Source: Octopus sinensis (Eukaryota). From it: a DNA stretch of 64,000 nt. The stretch spans positions 6,014,001 through 6,078,000 of the forward strand of contig NC_043015.1 of assembly GCF_006345805.1 (NCBI RefSeq), written 5' to 3'. Of the stretch, positions 1-13,340 are shown in pieces. Below the pieces are notes generated by a model that had not been told where the DNA came from, did not search any database, and worked only from the letters and a program-made list of their open reading frames with translations. Position 1 is the stretch's first letter; each line of letters opens with the position of its first letter. Made by a program: the position numbers and the translations under genes.

Positions 1-1820
1 TATATATTCTCTACGAATTGTCCGACCAATTCCCGGAGATCGCGGGCGGCCTGTATCGTGACGATTGTCTGTTTTACCTGCAAAACACCACGAACAGAAT
101 AGTGCAGAAAACTAAGAGCAGGTTAGCTAGGTTTTTTAATAGAATGGGCATGAGTATAGTTTTTGATAATGAACTCACCAAGGCTAATTTCCTAGACGTT
201 ACACTTAACCTTAATAGCGACTCATACTGCCCTTACCATAAGCCTTCCACTAATTTGAAGTATGTCAGTGTCTTCTCAAATCATGCCAAAACCGTAACAG
301 ACAATTTGGTTAAAAACATCTCTCTAAGATTGTCTGGCTTGTCCGCCAGTGCCGATATTTTATGCAGAAAGCGGAATTTTATAACGCCGCACTATCCAAG
401 GCCGGTTATAGGCAGAAGGTAATTTATATTGATCCGGCCCTTCCGATGCCTCATTCGGTCATCAGGATAGGGCCGTATATAATAACATTAACATTTTAAG
501 TAAGGACGGGAGCGCGGCGGATGCCGGGGTAGTCGCTCCCGCTTAATTTAGCGAACAAGGATAATTATCGGTCCGGAGGTCTTACACTAACCCAAGACCC
601 GTTATTCATCCGAGAATCACCCACCCGAACGCGAGAGCTGGCGTCCCGACCCATCACACTGATAGGAATAAGCATATATGGTTTGTAATCCCCTTTGGTA
701 AGCAGATTAGAACTAACCTCCCCCTCATGTTTAGACAAGCAATCGCCAATAACTTCCCCAGAAATTCCAAATATTACTCCACGGTTAACTCGCATAAAGT
801 TAGGATAGCTTTCTCCAACACTAAAAACCTCGCCCAGATAATCGCCTCCCATAATAATAGGCTACTTACTAAGACCCTATCACCTTTTTCCGGAGGCACA
901 GCCTCTTCCGCTCCCGGTTAATTGCTCAGTAGGAATAATTATAGTAGTAATAATGATATGAGAGCCAGTACAGTGACATAATCTCAACTCCAGCCAGGGA
1001 GTACCCACTAGGGGTATAGTTATAAATAGGGGTGTTGTGGTTGACGGTAACAATGGGAGTAGGGTAGAGAGCCCCAATAGCATCCCCAGCATCATTTCCC
1101 GCAATAGCAGTACCACGGGCAGTAGCAATGACAGCACTCTGATAGATAGTGGAGAATCAGGGGTTATTCCTATAGTTAATAGTGACGTAGTGGAAAATAG
1201 AGTAGTAAGCGGCTGCAAGTCTCGGAACGAATATAGTGACAGGAACGCAGTTCTAATTTCAGACACTAATCCTAGCAGAATAAGATTCACGTCGGCGAAC
1301 TCCAAGATCAAAAACGCCGTCTACCAATGCAAGGTTTACACGGACTCAGATGTCTTCACTTATGTAGGGGCCTCATCCTCAAGATTGTCTTTGCGTGTCT
1401 CCAACCATTACGCAACTTTTCGAGACATGAACAAGCGCCAGACCACGGGACTCAGTAAGCTAATATGGCGACTGAAGGATACGAACTTAAGCTACAGGCT
1501 GGAATGGTCAATTTTGTCGGTGGCCCTCCCATTTGATAGGGGCAGAAGGCAGTGCAACCTTTGTGTCTCCGAACTCTTCCATATTTTGTTTGCCAGAGGC
1601 CGGATGGTAAACGGGCTTTTACAGTCGGCGTTACACTTATCTGGCTTTTAAATAGCGTTTATAAATAATACCGGCACCCATAGCCCTTGGTAACAAATTC
1701 TGAAATAGCCTTTAAGATATCTACGATTAACCACTGCAAGGGGAATTACTCCTGTAAGACAAACGGGGCTTGGTTTTTTCACAGCGGGGGGTTTCCTTGA
1801 CAAGGCAGGCTTAGATGAAC
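1..1820 (+). mobile_element. Penelope-like retroelement (PLE), 3' part; continues beyond the left edge of the window
   Basis: The frame is open from nt 3: YILYELSDQFPEIAGGLYRDDCL (RT YxDD), then NFLDVTLNL and YCPYHKP...YVSVFSNH (PLE RT/thumb). After frameshifts come FYNAALSKAGY, RNKHIWFVIPF...FPRNSKY...HNNRLL, and a GIY-YIG domain (AVYQCKV...YVGASSSRLSLRVSNH...GLSKLIWRLK...WSIL...CNLCVSE...VNG). The stop is at 1649-1651. The 3' limit is approximate, taken where the CA/TA repeats begin. Confidence 0.9.
3..1651 (+). pseudogene. Frameshifted PLE RT + GIY-YIG endonuclease ORF
   Basis: Motifs are spread over ORFs 18-422, 727-921 and 1037-1651. The first break is explained by one missing T in a T-run near nt 358-361 (GAT ATT TT[T] ATG would restore DIFMQKAEFY). 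Further frame changes fall in the linkers. These could be real decay or indel errors in the assembly. Confidence 0.8.
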
Positions 1821-2121
1821 ACACACACACATAAAACATAATATATATATTTTTTTTTCTGCCACCCAACGGTTCTCGCAGCAGTAGCCACTGACAGCCG
1901 AACGATCAAACGCACACACGTACACAAAAAATGTTTTCTACCCCTACGCCAACACACACATATATAGAACAGTATACACACACACACGTCTCTAAGTAGA
2001 TTTTTTCTCGCCCCTTATAAAACATCCAATATTCCTTAAATAGTCAGAACTTTATTCTCGGTCACAAAGAACACCCACATGATTGACCGATGCATGACCC
2101 GTTAAATTCTTCAGCCACCGG

Positions 2122-2169
2122 TTCTCAACATACACTGATAAACAGTTTCGCCATGGGCTCTTAGGAGCA
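2122..2169 (-). ncRNA. Degenerate hammerhead-like motif
   Basis: The minus strand reads GCTC-CT[-]AAGA-GCC-CAT-GGC-GAAAC...GTT-GAG. Stem II and GAAAC are present, the core lacks G5, and stem I has only about 3 bp. Confidence 0.3.
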
Positions 2170-2530
2170 TAGTTCGATTTGTTTTTGCTCCGCCTCTGTT
2201 CTGTTTTTGTTTTTCCAACGGATTTCCTATTTCTTCCTGAAGAGAAAGACACAATATGGTCCCATTATTCAATCGGATTTTGGTAATTGTGCCTTTCGAA
2301 ACACGTGTAGAATGAAATAAAACGATTTTGTTCAATCTGCGTTCAGCTCCATTTCTTCAATTCACCAATAATGTTTTAATTTCAATTATCCGCACCAACG
2401 CACGGTTGCAACACCATATGGTTGTACCTCCAACCGTGCTGTTTACTGCTGTGATTTTTGCTACTAAGGTATCGGTTAAACTTTTGATTAATCTACTACA
2501 AGATTATTCATCTTTCTATTTCACATAATA

Positions 2531-2584
<54 letters not shown>

Positions 2585-2802
2585 TTATTGTTTTACTTGT
2601 ATCACTCATATGAATGCGGTCATACTGGAGCACCACATTTTCTACACATAAATACACACACACATACACACATATATATATATACTTTATTGTCTCCCCT
2701 TCTTTCATCATCTTCCTTCATACATTATTTTCTAATCAGTCACCATGCTGGACTGCTAAATTCACAACTTTTTTTTATAGTGTCTCTTTATTTTCTCTTA
2801 TC

Positions 2803-2835
2803 CTGTTGAAGAGCGCAGGCTCGAAACATAAAGGA
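2803..2835 (+). ncRNA. Minimal type I hammerhead-like motif (variant core)
   Basis: CTGTTGA-A-GAGC-GCAG-GCTC-GAAAC-ATA. It has the same stem II as the motifs at 13304-13340 and 36469-36502. Stem I is poorly paired. It lies in a pyrimidine-rich segment ending in (TA)n. Confidence 0.5.
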
Positions 2836-2871
2836 CCTTTTCCATTCATGTTGTTTTTCTATAAATTCTGC

Positions 2872-2924
<53 letters not shown>

Positions 2925-2946
2925 TTTGAGTTCAGCTGTCAGCGAG

Positions 2947-2993
<47 letters not shown>

Positions 2994-3668
2994 ATATGTC
3001 ATTATGTCTGTGCAAGTGTAAGAGCAAACGCGCATTTTTTACAGGGCGTTCTATTTGCCTTTAGTTTAAAAGCGTTTGGTTAACTCTTCGTTACTTAGCG
3101 GCCGAAAAGCAAACTACGAGAATAAAGAAAAAACATATAAATAAGTACTATGATACATGTGATCGATTACCTCCTCAACGCTGTGCCCCAAGTAAACGAG
3201 GAAAACTATATATACACAATGAAATTATTGGAAGGGCTTAATTCTGAATACATGAATAGAATAGAGGGGAAAACACTAACTAGAAGCGTAATGAGCGAAT
3301 CGATACAATAACTGATGTGAGCATTTTCGAAAGGAGATACAAACGACAACATGAAGTGTAGTGAAAATTGATATTGACCATATTATTTTATCCTGAATAC
3401 GTGAAGGTCAGCAAACGGACAATAAAATGATAGAAAATAAGAAAATAAAAAATAAGCGGCGATTAAGGAGGTTACTTTGTGTCCTCGCTTATGTAGGATC
3501 GATATAGCGCTATGTAGCACATTGTGAAAATTTTCACGACCTACGCCTTGGTTAGTGTTTGCACTGGATCAATGTTTGTGGCAAATGTTTGGTAGATGTT
3601 TGTTACATGAAACCCTGTAGTATGTGTGCACCCGCGTATTAATATATATATGTGTGTGTGTGTGTGTG

Positions 3669-3714
<46 letters not shown>

Positions 3715-3779
3715 TGTGTGTGTGTGTGTGTATATATGTATATATATATATATATAAATATATGTATACATATATATTA

Positions 3780-4186
3780 TTTTACTCTTTTACTTGTTTC
3801 AGTCATTTCACTGCGGCCATATTGGAGCACTGCCTTTAGTCGAACAAATCGAGCCCAGGACTTATTCTTTGTAAATCGGGTACTTATTCTATTGGTCTCT
3901 TCTGCCGACCTTCTAATTTACTGGGACGTAAACACACCAGCATCGGTTGTCAAGGGATGGTGAGGGGTTCAATACAGACATGCGCGCACACACACATATA
4001 CACACACACACAAACATATATACGACGGGTTTCTTTTAGTTTCCGTTTACGAAATCTAGTCACAAGGCTTTGTTCGGCACTATACTATAGTAGAAGATAC
4101 TTGCTCAAGGTGACACGCAGTGCGACTGAAACCGGTCACATGTGGTTCGAAAGCAAGCTTCTTACAACACAACCATGCCTGCGCCT
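3780..4186 (-). mobile_element. tRNA-derived SINE, family B, with an internal CA/TA microsatellite
   Basis: Reverse complement of the element at 28592-29002. It has a tRNA-like head (GGCGCAGGCATGGTTGTGTTGTAAG), a CCTTGAGCAAGTATCTTCTACTATAG body and an AAGTAAAAGAGTAAAA tail. Confidence 0.85.
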
Positions 4187-4519
4187 ACAGCTACTTCTGT
4201 ACACACATGCGCACGCGCTTAAATGTATATACCAAGAGAGATGTATATGTGTGTGAACATCAGTGTATATATATATATATGTATATATACATATATGTTA
4301 CTGCATCATTGTAACATTATATCGATGAACCTCTCATATGTTTATAAACTGTTGGTCACAATGCACTTCCTTACAATCTTGTAGCTTTGTAGGTTTGAAT
4401 ATCATGCCGATGGCCAGGCCAACATAACCCTCAGAACCAAAAGAGAGTTCGTTGCAGTGTTATCCATTCACAGTTCTTTGAACTCGAACAACGTACTCGT
4501 GTGCATATGTTTAAATATG

Positions 4520-4651
<132 letters not shown>

Positions 4652-4899
4652 TACAGGCACACACGTACACATACATACACACACACTCACAAAACTATCG
4701 TCCAGCTCTTCATTTTCTTTCTGATTCAAATGGCATTGTGGTCAACATTACTTTTCGCTGTCAGGAAAATAACAGTACCAGTGAAATATTGGGGACGGAT
4801 AAATGCAGTAACACACTCCCTTAAATCGCTGTAGTTTTCCTAAAATACGAAATCAACGTCGTCGTCGTCGTCATCAGCATCATCATTATCAATATTATC

Positions 4900-5430
4900 A
4901 TCATCTTTTTGTTATCAGTTACATTATTTTTTGCTTTGTTTTATATGAGTTGTTCCAACTTTTGCCCAGAGACACCATCTAACAGCAAAATGGGCGTTTT
5001 ATTATGGGTATTATATATGATTAACAATCATATATTGTTTGAGAAGAAGATCAGGATTTGAGAAATATAATTCTGTTAAATTTGTAATATTTCAGTTTTG
5101 AAGACTTTGGCCAGAATCAAGTACTTTCAAGTTAACTATGTCCCCACTAGGATGTATTCATTAGGATGTACACAGGGCTAAAAAATATTTGGAGTTCTGA
5201 TATCTTGGGGTTTCCTGTTCTTTGGTTATTCCCCCGATATCAAAGAAACAGTTGTCTTCCTTAGATGCTACATTTTTGAGACCTCTGTTTCAAAGTCCTT
5301 CTTTAACTGCAGGGTTGCAGTCTGCTAGGAGTGACATTTCTATGACCTCATGTGTTTTGTATCAAGGCGATTTTTTACCACAATATATTTCGTTCCAGTG
5401 GCAAATAAATGAAATCAACACTTCTTCTTC
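4900..5430 (-). mobile_element. Decayed 3' end of an RLE-type (R4/Dong-like) non-LTR retrotransposon
   Basis: Minus-strand peptide fragments IEMSLLADCNPAVKE, KDFETEVSKM*HLRKTTVSLISG and GNPKISELQ match the C-terminal restriction-like endonuclease region of R4-clade elements as I recall it. The relic abuts a long (TAA)n tract, the known target type of Dong elements. Confidence 0.6.
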
Positions 5431-5432
5431 TG

Positions 5433-5433
<1 letters not shown>

Positions 5434-5496
<63 letters not shown>

Positions 5497-5561
5497 TATC
5501 ATTATTTTTATTAGTATTATTATCCTCATCATTACTATTATTATTATTATCCTCATCATCA

Positions 5562-5615
<54 letters not shown>
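5434..5615. repeat. (TAT/ATC)n trinucleotide microsatellite
   Basis: Direct reading; it produces the poly-Ile, poly-Leu and poly-Asn ORFs in the track. Confidence 0.95.
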
Positions 5616-6489
5616 TCATTGATGCCTTTATCGTAGTTCAAAGGTTTATGGTTATGATACTCAGATGGTGAAGAAATAACACACTCTTTGCATAACGATG
5701 ATCTTACGACATTTCAATCACAGACTGAGTTGTCTCCCTTGGCGAAAATGACTACTTCGCAATTGGTATCCTTCGGAAACGAGCAAACATATTCCAGACA
5801 AAATGCTAGGGTTTACATAATCGACACGAACCATCCAAGCGTGGATAGTTGCAGTTCAGTGATTGCCACCAATGACAGAACATTAAAAGCAGAAATAATT
5901 TCTTTTAAACCCATGATATGTAAAGTAAGATTGCACATTGCTGTACGTTGTACTGTTTGCTTTCAACATATAAACGTACCCCGCCGTGAAAGAAATAAAT
6001 TGAATCGGCAAGTAATACACATTCGCACAAAGTATACAAGCATTTTTGCACACTTATGTATGAACGTATGCAAAATATATACACGCATTAATATACGCAA
6101 ACACATACATATAAAATTGCAGGTAAGCAAATACACATCCGCATGTATACATATAAGTATGTATATGACTAGTTGCGAGTGTGATCAAGCGCGCGTACGT
6201 GTAAATATAGTGGGGTCGTTGTATAAGAACACACATGAACACATGCATATATACATTCATATGAACAGAATACATATATATAATCCTTTGTACATATTCA
6301 CACGAAAATATGTATGTAAATACTTCAGAATATGTATATGTGTGTTTGTTAGAGTGTATATATGTATGTGTATATGTTGTATGTATGTATGTATTTTTTA
6401 AAAATATATTTTTATAATATGTGCGATCAGAATTCATAGATCGAAGTATGCACGTGAGTGTGTGAGTATATACACATAAATTTGGAAAT

Positions 6490-6630
6490 AATTATATATA
6501 TAAATATATACACACTATATATATATATATGTATATATACATATATATACATATATACATATATATATATACATATATACATATATATATACATATATAC
6601 ATATATATATATATACATATATATACATAT

Positions 6631-6661
<31 letters not shown>

Positions 6662-6666
6662 ATATA

Positions 6667-6707
<41 letters not shown>

Positions 6708-6830
6708 TCGAGAGAGAGAGAGAGACAGAGAAAGAAATAGAAATAGATTACGTATATGTATATAACACACACATATATATATATATATATACATATATAT
6801 ACATATACGTATAACTATATATATATATAT
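6490..6830. repeat. Compound (TA)n/(TACA)/(GA)n microsatellite
   Basis: Direct reading. Confidence 0.95.
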
Positions 6831-7284
6831 GCGTATATATGCATATACATTTGTATACGCTAGTGGGTATATACGCGCAAAGATGTTTTTGCGTGCATGG
6901 ATATACGTGGGCGGGTGTTTATGTGCTTGTGTATGTATGTGTATATACTTGATCACAGATTTATTCACGCATTGATCTGTGTGTATGACCGAAATATCTC
7001 TGAAGGCACCAATATATCACACTCCAACGATCCACAAAGTCAATGAAATTAAATGACGCAAGGAAAGTACACATCGATATTCTTGAATCCTTCTCAGATA
7101 CAAACCAATGAATATAGATTTTCAATGATTTCCTACATTTTCCATGCGTTCGCCTTACTTTCTCCTTTCTGTATTCCGGCCGACATAATATGAATGTGTC
7201 CATATTCCGTGAATGAATAAATCTGGCGAGAATGGTTTCCTATTTTATTTGAGAATATTACATGTATATATATATATATATAAT

Positions 7285-7345
<61 letters not shown>

Positions 7346-7406
7346 TATATATAATAATATATATATATATATATATATAATATATATATTATATATATAT
7401 ATAATA

Positions 7407-7443
<37 letters not shown>

Positions 7444-7710
7444 TCAATGTATACAAGCATAGTACACACACACACACATATATATATATATAAACATACG
7501 TGTACTTACACAGACATACATATACTCACACACTCACACAGACACATACACAAATACACACACATATAAATATACATATATATATATTATATATATATAT
7601 ATAATATTATATATATATTATACGCCTATATACACACGCTACACACTCATGTAAGAATTTCTGTTTGAATAAGTCTGAATTAATATTTGTATACATAGAC
7701 TTCAAATAAC

Positions 7711-7768
<58 letters not shown>

Positions 7769-8351
7769 TGATAATACGAAAAAGAAGGAACACAACAATA
7801 ACAACAACTCATCTAATAAATAAATAAGAAAACAAATGGTTCAATATTTCAAGAAACCCCTTTTGGAAGCTGCTGAATATCAGATTCTTTAATATTTATA
7901 TTTGTATTCCTCTTTCATGCATTCAACATGATTATTTTTGCGCTTCTGATGTACACGTAGATATACACACACTCCCACATACACACAAATGCATACATAC
8001 ACATGGTTGTGTGTTTATGTATGTATGTATGCATGTATGTATGTAGATATGTATGTAGGTATCTATGTATGTAATGCATCTACGTACGCTAGGTCGGGTG
8101 ATATGCGGTTATGCGTATTTCACATTAGCTATAGCCCTGCCTGCATTAATCATATATAAAGTAAGTTAAATCCACGGAAGTGTGGTACAGTGACAAAATG
8201 CACGCAAACATATTTTTCTATACAAACGCAAGATTCAATAGATCAACGGTACATATTAAATATTGGATATTACATAAAAGCTGTGTCGGTAATATCATTT
8301 GAAATCATGTTGTCGAAAGTCGTCAGTGATTATGAGCCTACATACATACAT

Positions 8352-8426
<75 letters not shown>

Positions 8427-10147
8427 CCTATGTAATTAAAATGATTTTTATTGTTATTATTATTACGAATACTATTATTATTATTATTATGATTATTATT
8501 ATTATTATTATTATTATTAATAATTGTAGTACTTGCAGTAACAGAGCTGTAGTAGTTGTAGCAGCAGAAGCGTATGGTAAAATATCATGAATCATAATTC
8601 TTAATTTCATGATCCCCCTTATCCTGCAAAACGGTTATTTACTGGGGAAGCTTCATCCATGTGTTGATTTACTTGATATCTTCATGAACAATCGCTGTCG
8701 CCATTGATTTCTTGTGTTTTATACATATGATACCGACTAAATTAATGCATCATAATTTATCGTATGTCATTCCTATGTAACAGCTCAAAACTTCAATCAA
8801 TGACGTATAGTTAAACTGAATTTTCATCGATCGTCAATCAAATCTGAATGTGCTTTTTGATTGATATATCGATGTATATGAGAATATTTCTTATTCTTAC
8901 TCCATACAGAGTTTTCAACATCAGTCTTCGAATAATCAGTACCGTGACGCTCAATATATATTTTCCTAAAACGGATACATTCGTCTATAAATAGGCTCTG
9001 GGATCCCTGACCTCTCAAAATTATCTATGTTTTAAAATTCTCCATGATTAAGCTTTAATTTATTTTTAAGTAATTCATAGTTGTTAATTCTGTAATTGAG
9101 AATTACGTTCTGAAAGATTTGAGAACACTTTGCACCATTTCACCTGGGAGAATTAAACCAAACTTCTAAATAACACACATACATATCATTAATTCTCCAT
9201 CGTAAACGAACCCGTATATTAGTTGTCACTGTTTTTTTGTTTCATTCTTATTAATCTTGCGACGTTTGTCCCAGTTCTCTACGTTCTGAGTTTAATTCTT
9301 TGTGCGACCTACTTTACTTTTTCTCTCTCAGGAGTCAATAAAACAATGTAGTGGGGGCCGATGTTAGTGGATAATCCCTCACCCCCTCAAGACCGTTGGC
9401 CTCTTACCGATAAGAGAAACAATTGTTACTGCTATTCACTCACCCACCCTTTCAGCATTTCAGTTGCCCTTTATATTATATTGTGGCATTTTCATTGTAC
9501 TCTTGCATTATTATCACTTTAGGTTTATTATGTAAATAATCAATGTTATCAAATTCCCCTCATAGTTCTTCCTATTATCTCATACTTCACCATTCCTACC
9601 CTATCTTAACTGATACTAGTCCCTCATTGATCGCCCTTAACTGTTATCGATTTTCGATAATTTCATTGCATTATTTATCTAGTGAGAGAGCTCGTCAATT
9701 TAATATTCTATCAAATCATTATTTTAACAAATCGCTAATTCCCTAAATTAGGAAATCTTTTTCACATTTTTAACCCTATTCCCCAAAATAACAAACACCT
9801 CTTCTCTTTATCTTTATGACCTAATTGCACTTCTCCGGTGAATTTGCATATCGCCATCTGATTACTTCCCTACATCAACAACAGACAGAATGCCAATTTA
9901 GTACTAGATGTACATCTAGATTTATATTCTTGATTATTACCTTTATTATCAAAAGTATTTCATTGATTATAGTTTTCTCTTTCTTTTTTACGATTCAAAT
10001 TTTCTAAACATTACCGCTAAAACCAGTTTCTACATATATTTCGAAACTCCTGTCCAATACGCGCAGGCGTTACTCGTCAACAACATTAGAAGGTCGTTGG
10101 TAACTGGTGTGCTTCTAAACATTTATGCTCTCCTACATTCTAGTTCG

Positions 10148-10425
10148 TGGAGGCACTAGTGATTAGAGCAGCGGACTCGCGGTCGAGGGATCCCGGGTGA
10201 TGTGTGTGTTTATGAGCGAAACATCTAAGCTCCATGCGGCTCCGGCAGAAGTTCATGACGAACTTCTGCTGACTCTTTCGCCACAAATTTCTCTCACTCT
10301 TTCCTCCTGTATCTTGTAGGTCACTAGCGACGGAACGGTGTTCCGTCCAGGTGGGGAACCTATATGCCAAGGAAACCGGGAAACTGGCCATTATGAGCTA
10401 GGTGTGGCTCAAGAAGGAAAAAACA
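10148..10425 (+). mobile_element. tRNA-derived SINE, family C, tail type I
   Basis: Head TGGAGGCAC...AGTGATTAGAGCAGCGGACTCGCGGTC and body GAGCGAAACATCTAAGCTCCA...CTCTTTCGCCACAA are shared with the other C copies. The tail is GCGACGGAACGGTGTTCCGTCCAGG...GAAACCGGGAAACTGGCC. Confidence 0.85.
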
Positions 10426-10454
10426 GCTACTACAGCTGATACAGTTGTTGATTA

Positions 10455-11305
10455 TAATGGTATTGGTTTCACATTTTGGCACAAAGCTAGCAATTTTGAG
10501 TGAGTTGATAAATCGATTGAAACGTCTTCAGTGATTAACTGGTACTACTTCCACCAGAGCTTAAAGATCGACTGATGATATTAATACTGCTTTGAAGGCG
10601 GCGAACTGTCAGAAACGTTAGCACGCCGGGCGAAATACGTAGTCATGCTTCGTCTGTCGTTACGTTCCGAGTTCAAATTCCGCCGAATTCGACTTTGCCT
10701 TTCATCCTTTCGGGGTCGATAAATTAAGTACCAGTTACGCACTGGGGTCGATGTAATCGACTTAATCCGTTTGTCTGTTTTTGTTTGTCCCCTCTGTGTT
10801 TAGCCCCTTGTGGATAGTAAAGAAATATGTATTTCGTCTGTCTTTACGTTCTGAGTTCATATTCCGTCGAGGTTGAAGTTGCCTTTCATATTTTTGGGGT
10901 CGACAAATTAGTAACAAGTTTCGTACTGGGGTAGATCTAATCGACTGCCCCCCCCCTCCTCTAAAATTCCGGCCCTTGTGCCTAGAGTAGGAAAGAATCC
11001 TTTAAAGACGGTGAGCTGGCAGAAAATTTAGCACGCCAGGCAAAATTCTTAGCAGTTTTTCTGTCTTTACGTTCTGAGTTCAAATCCCACCGAGATCACC
11101 TTTGCCTTTCATCCTTTCGGGGTCGATAAATTAAGTACCAGCTGCGTACTGGTGTCGATCTAATCGACTGGCTACCTCCCCTAAAATTTCGGGCCTTGTG
11201 CCTTGAGTAGAAAAGGACATTAATATCGGTTTGAAATTTAGACACGAGGTCAGGAATTTGGGCGAGAGGGCAAATCGATTACATTGACCTTAGAGCTCGA
11301 CTTTT
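10455..11305 (+). mobile_element. Cluster of family A SINEs: a head plus two-unit dimer (10594-11000), a monomer (11003-11220), and minus-strand fragments on both sides
   Basis: Head GAAGGCGGCGA(G/A)CTG, B-box GAGTTCAAATTCC, and core GCCTTTCATCCTTTCGGGGTCGATAAATTAAGTACCAG. Confidence 0.9.
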
Positions 11306-12316
11306 AACAGTTGTTGACAAGAGTCGTTATGGTTTGTTGCTCAACAATATCGAAGATACAGAAACGCATAAGCTACAACTGCTGCGGAAGAACAAATGGA
11401 ATAATGATAGAAAATTTACATATTTCTCCTTGACATATGCTGAAGGCCCTCGGTAGTAACAATATATTCTGTAAGGGTAGATGTGTTTATGTTTATAGGT
11501 AAACGACAGCTAGCAAGAGAAATAGTCACGAAAGCATTTCTGTGCCACGGGACGTAAATTGAGCTAAATATCCCATGTTTTCTTTATGAGACACAGTTGA
11601 GATTCTTTCATCACCTTTCTTTAATTCAGACGGACATAACGCCATAGTATTGACTACACATTAACTTACGCACTTTTACTCATTAAATATTTGGCTTAGA
11701 TGAGGAGATACTTTGGAATCCATCTGGTTTGTAGCTGCATGCATAGTATTAAATGTCCCAATAGAATACCCCGCAGTGATTATTTCTGTACTACGTCCAT
11801 TCCAGATCGATTTATATACAAATAACTAAAAAAATCTGAATAACCATTAACCACTATACACTCTCTGTCTCAATGCGTTCCTTTGATTCAAAAGCGGAAG
11901 ATGTGGTGGATAGTCTATCATACGTCCAAATAGCTTGCAATTGCTAAATATTTCCTGCGTTCTTTATATGTTATATATTATGTTCATTGGTCATCTTTCG
12001 TAAAAAAAAAATTATATATAGTCATAAATCAGAGCACCAATTATCTCATCTGTCGTTGCGCACTGTTAGTGATTAAATAACTAGTTTGTGTGCACTTAAA
12101 TCGTACTAACCATTTTCATGCATATATATATAAATATATGCATATAACCATATGTGTGTATGCCTCTGTGTGTTACTTTGTTGTGTATGTATAACTGTGT
12201 GTGTGAGTCGTGTGTGCGTTTGTGTGTGTAGATATACATTAATAAAGATAATGTACCACATGTTATGATTATGTTTCCTATTTATATATTCAGAGATAGA
12301 TAGAGGAGAGTAAGAA

Positions 12317-12354
<38 letters not shown>

Positions 12355-13303
12355 TTTGTGTGGGTATGTGTGTTAGATACAAAAAGTCATAATGAGAGAG
12401 AAGGAGAGAGAGAGAGAGAGAAACATTTTCTTTTACATATAATTTTATCTCATTCACACGCTACATATTTTTATGCTATCTTTATTTCTTAAATTTCTCT
12501 TTGCTAAAAATAAAGAACAAAAATACACAAAATGAAGAAAAAAAATTATAAAGAAATAAACTTATATCAATGGCTTTGTTTCTTAGCATCTGAACTGTTC
12601 TAGAGTTTATTACAGTTTGCCTGAACATCGAAAAGCTGAATATCTGGTGCTAGTCATATTTTATTAATAAATGACACTCGGCGTCAACGGGAAGGTGTAG
12701 AAGGAAATAGTATTGTAGATTCACACCTTTTCTAAACATAAGAAATCAATATGAGTAATAAGAATTTTTCTCCATCTTTTATTTTTCTGTTTGAAACGAA
12801 CAATTCTGATGGAAAAAATAAAGAAAAAAAAAATACATATATATCTCTACATTTCTAGTAAACATCTGCATTTGATCGATTTCTTTTTGGTATTTTTTGA
12901 ATTACATTGACTTCAGATAACTCTGTTAGAGTTTCGGTTTAAAGAGAGACAAAACACACACTCATACACACACATGCACTCAGATGTTCACATACATACG
13001 ATCAAAATCGAGCTCTCACACACACATATGTACAGACACAGCTACGCACACGAATGTACGTACATACGGGCATTTCCAAATAATATAAGATTTATAGAGA
13101 AAAGCAAGATCTATCATGAATGTTTGTCATCTTGCTCCATCTGTCTTTCTATCTGCTGGAAATTCTGCTAGATGGAAGTTGTGTACACACACACAGACTT
13201 ATACACACACGCACACATATATTCACAAAAATAACAGAAGACGAAGACAGGTGGTGTAGACATCAAACAGATATATTAGTTTAACGATCGGAAAGTGAAA
13301 AAG

Positions 13304-13340
13304 TATTTAACGTTTCGAGCCTACGCTCTTCCACAGAAGG
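13304..13340 (-). ncRNA. Minimal type I hammerhead-like motif (variant core)
   Basis: The minus strand reads CCTT-CTGTGGA-A-GAGC-GTAG-GCTC-GAAACGTT-AAAT, including the palindromic ACGT stem III typical of dimer-type minimal hammerheads. Confidence 0.55.

Noticed and set aside
4691-4845. Minus-strand segment with ttttAG acceptor and GTGAGT donor, a candidate next neuroligin exon
   Set aside because: All three frames hit stops, and none resembles the expected GFL..GN.GL.DQ sequence.
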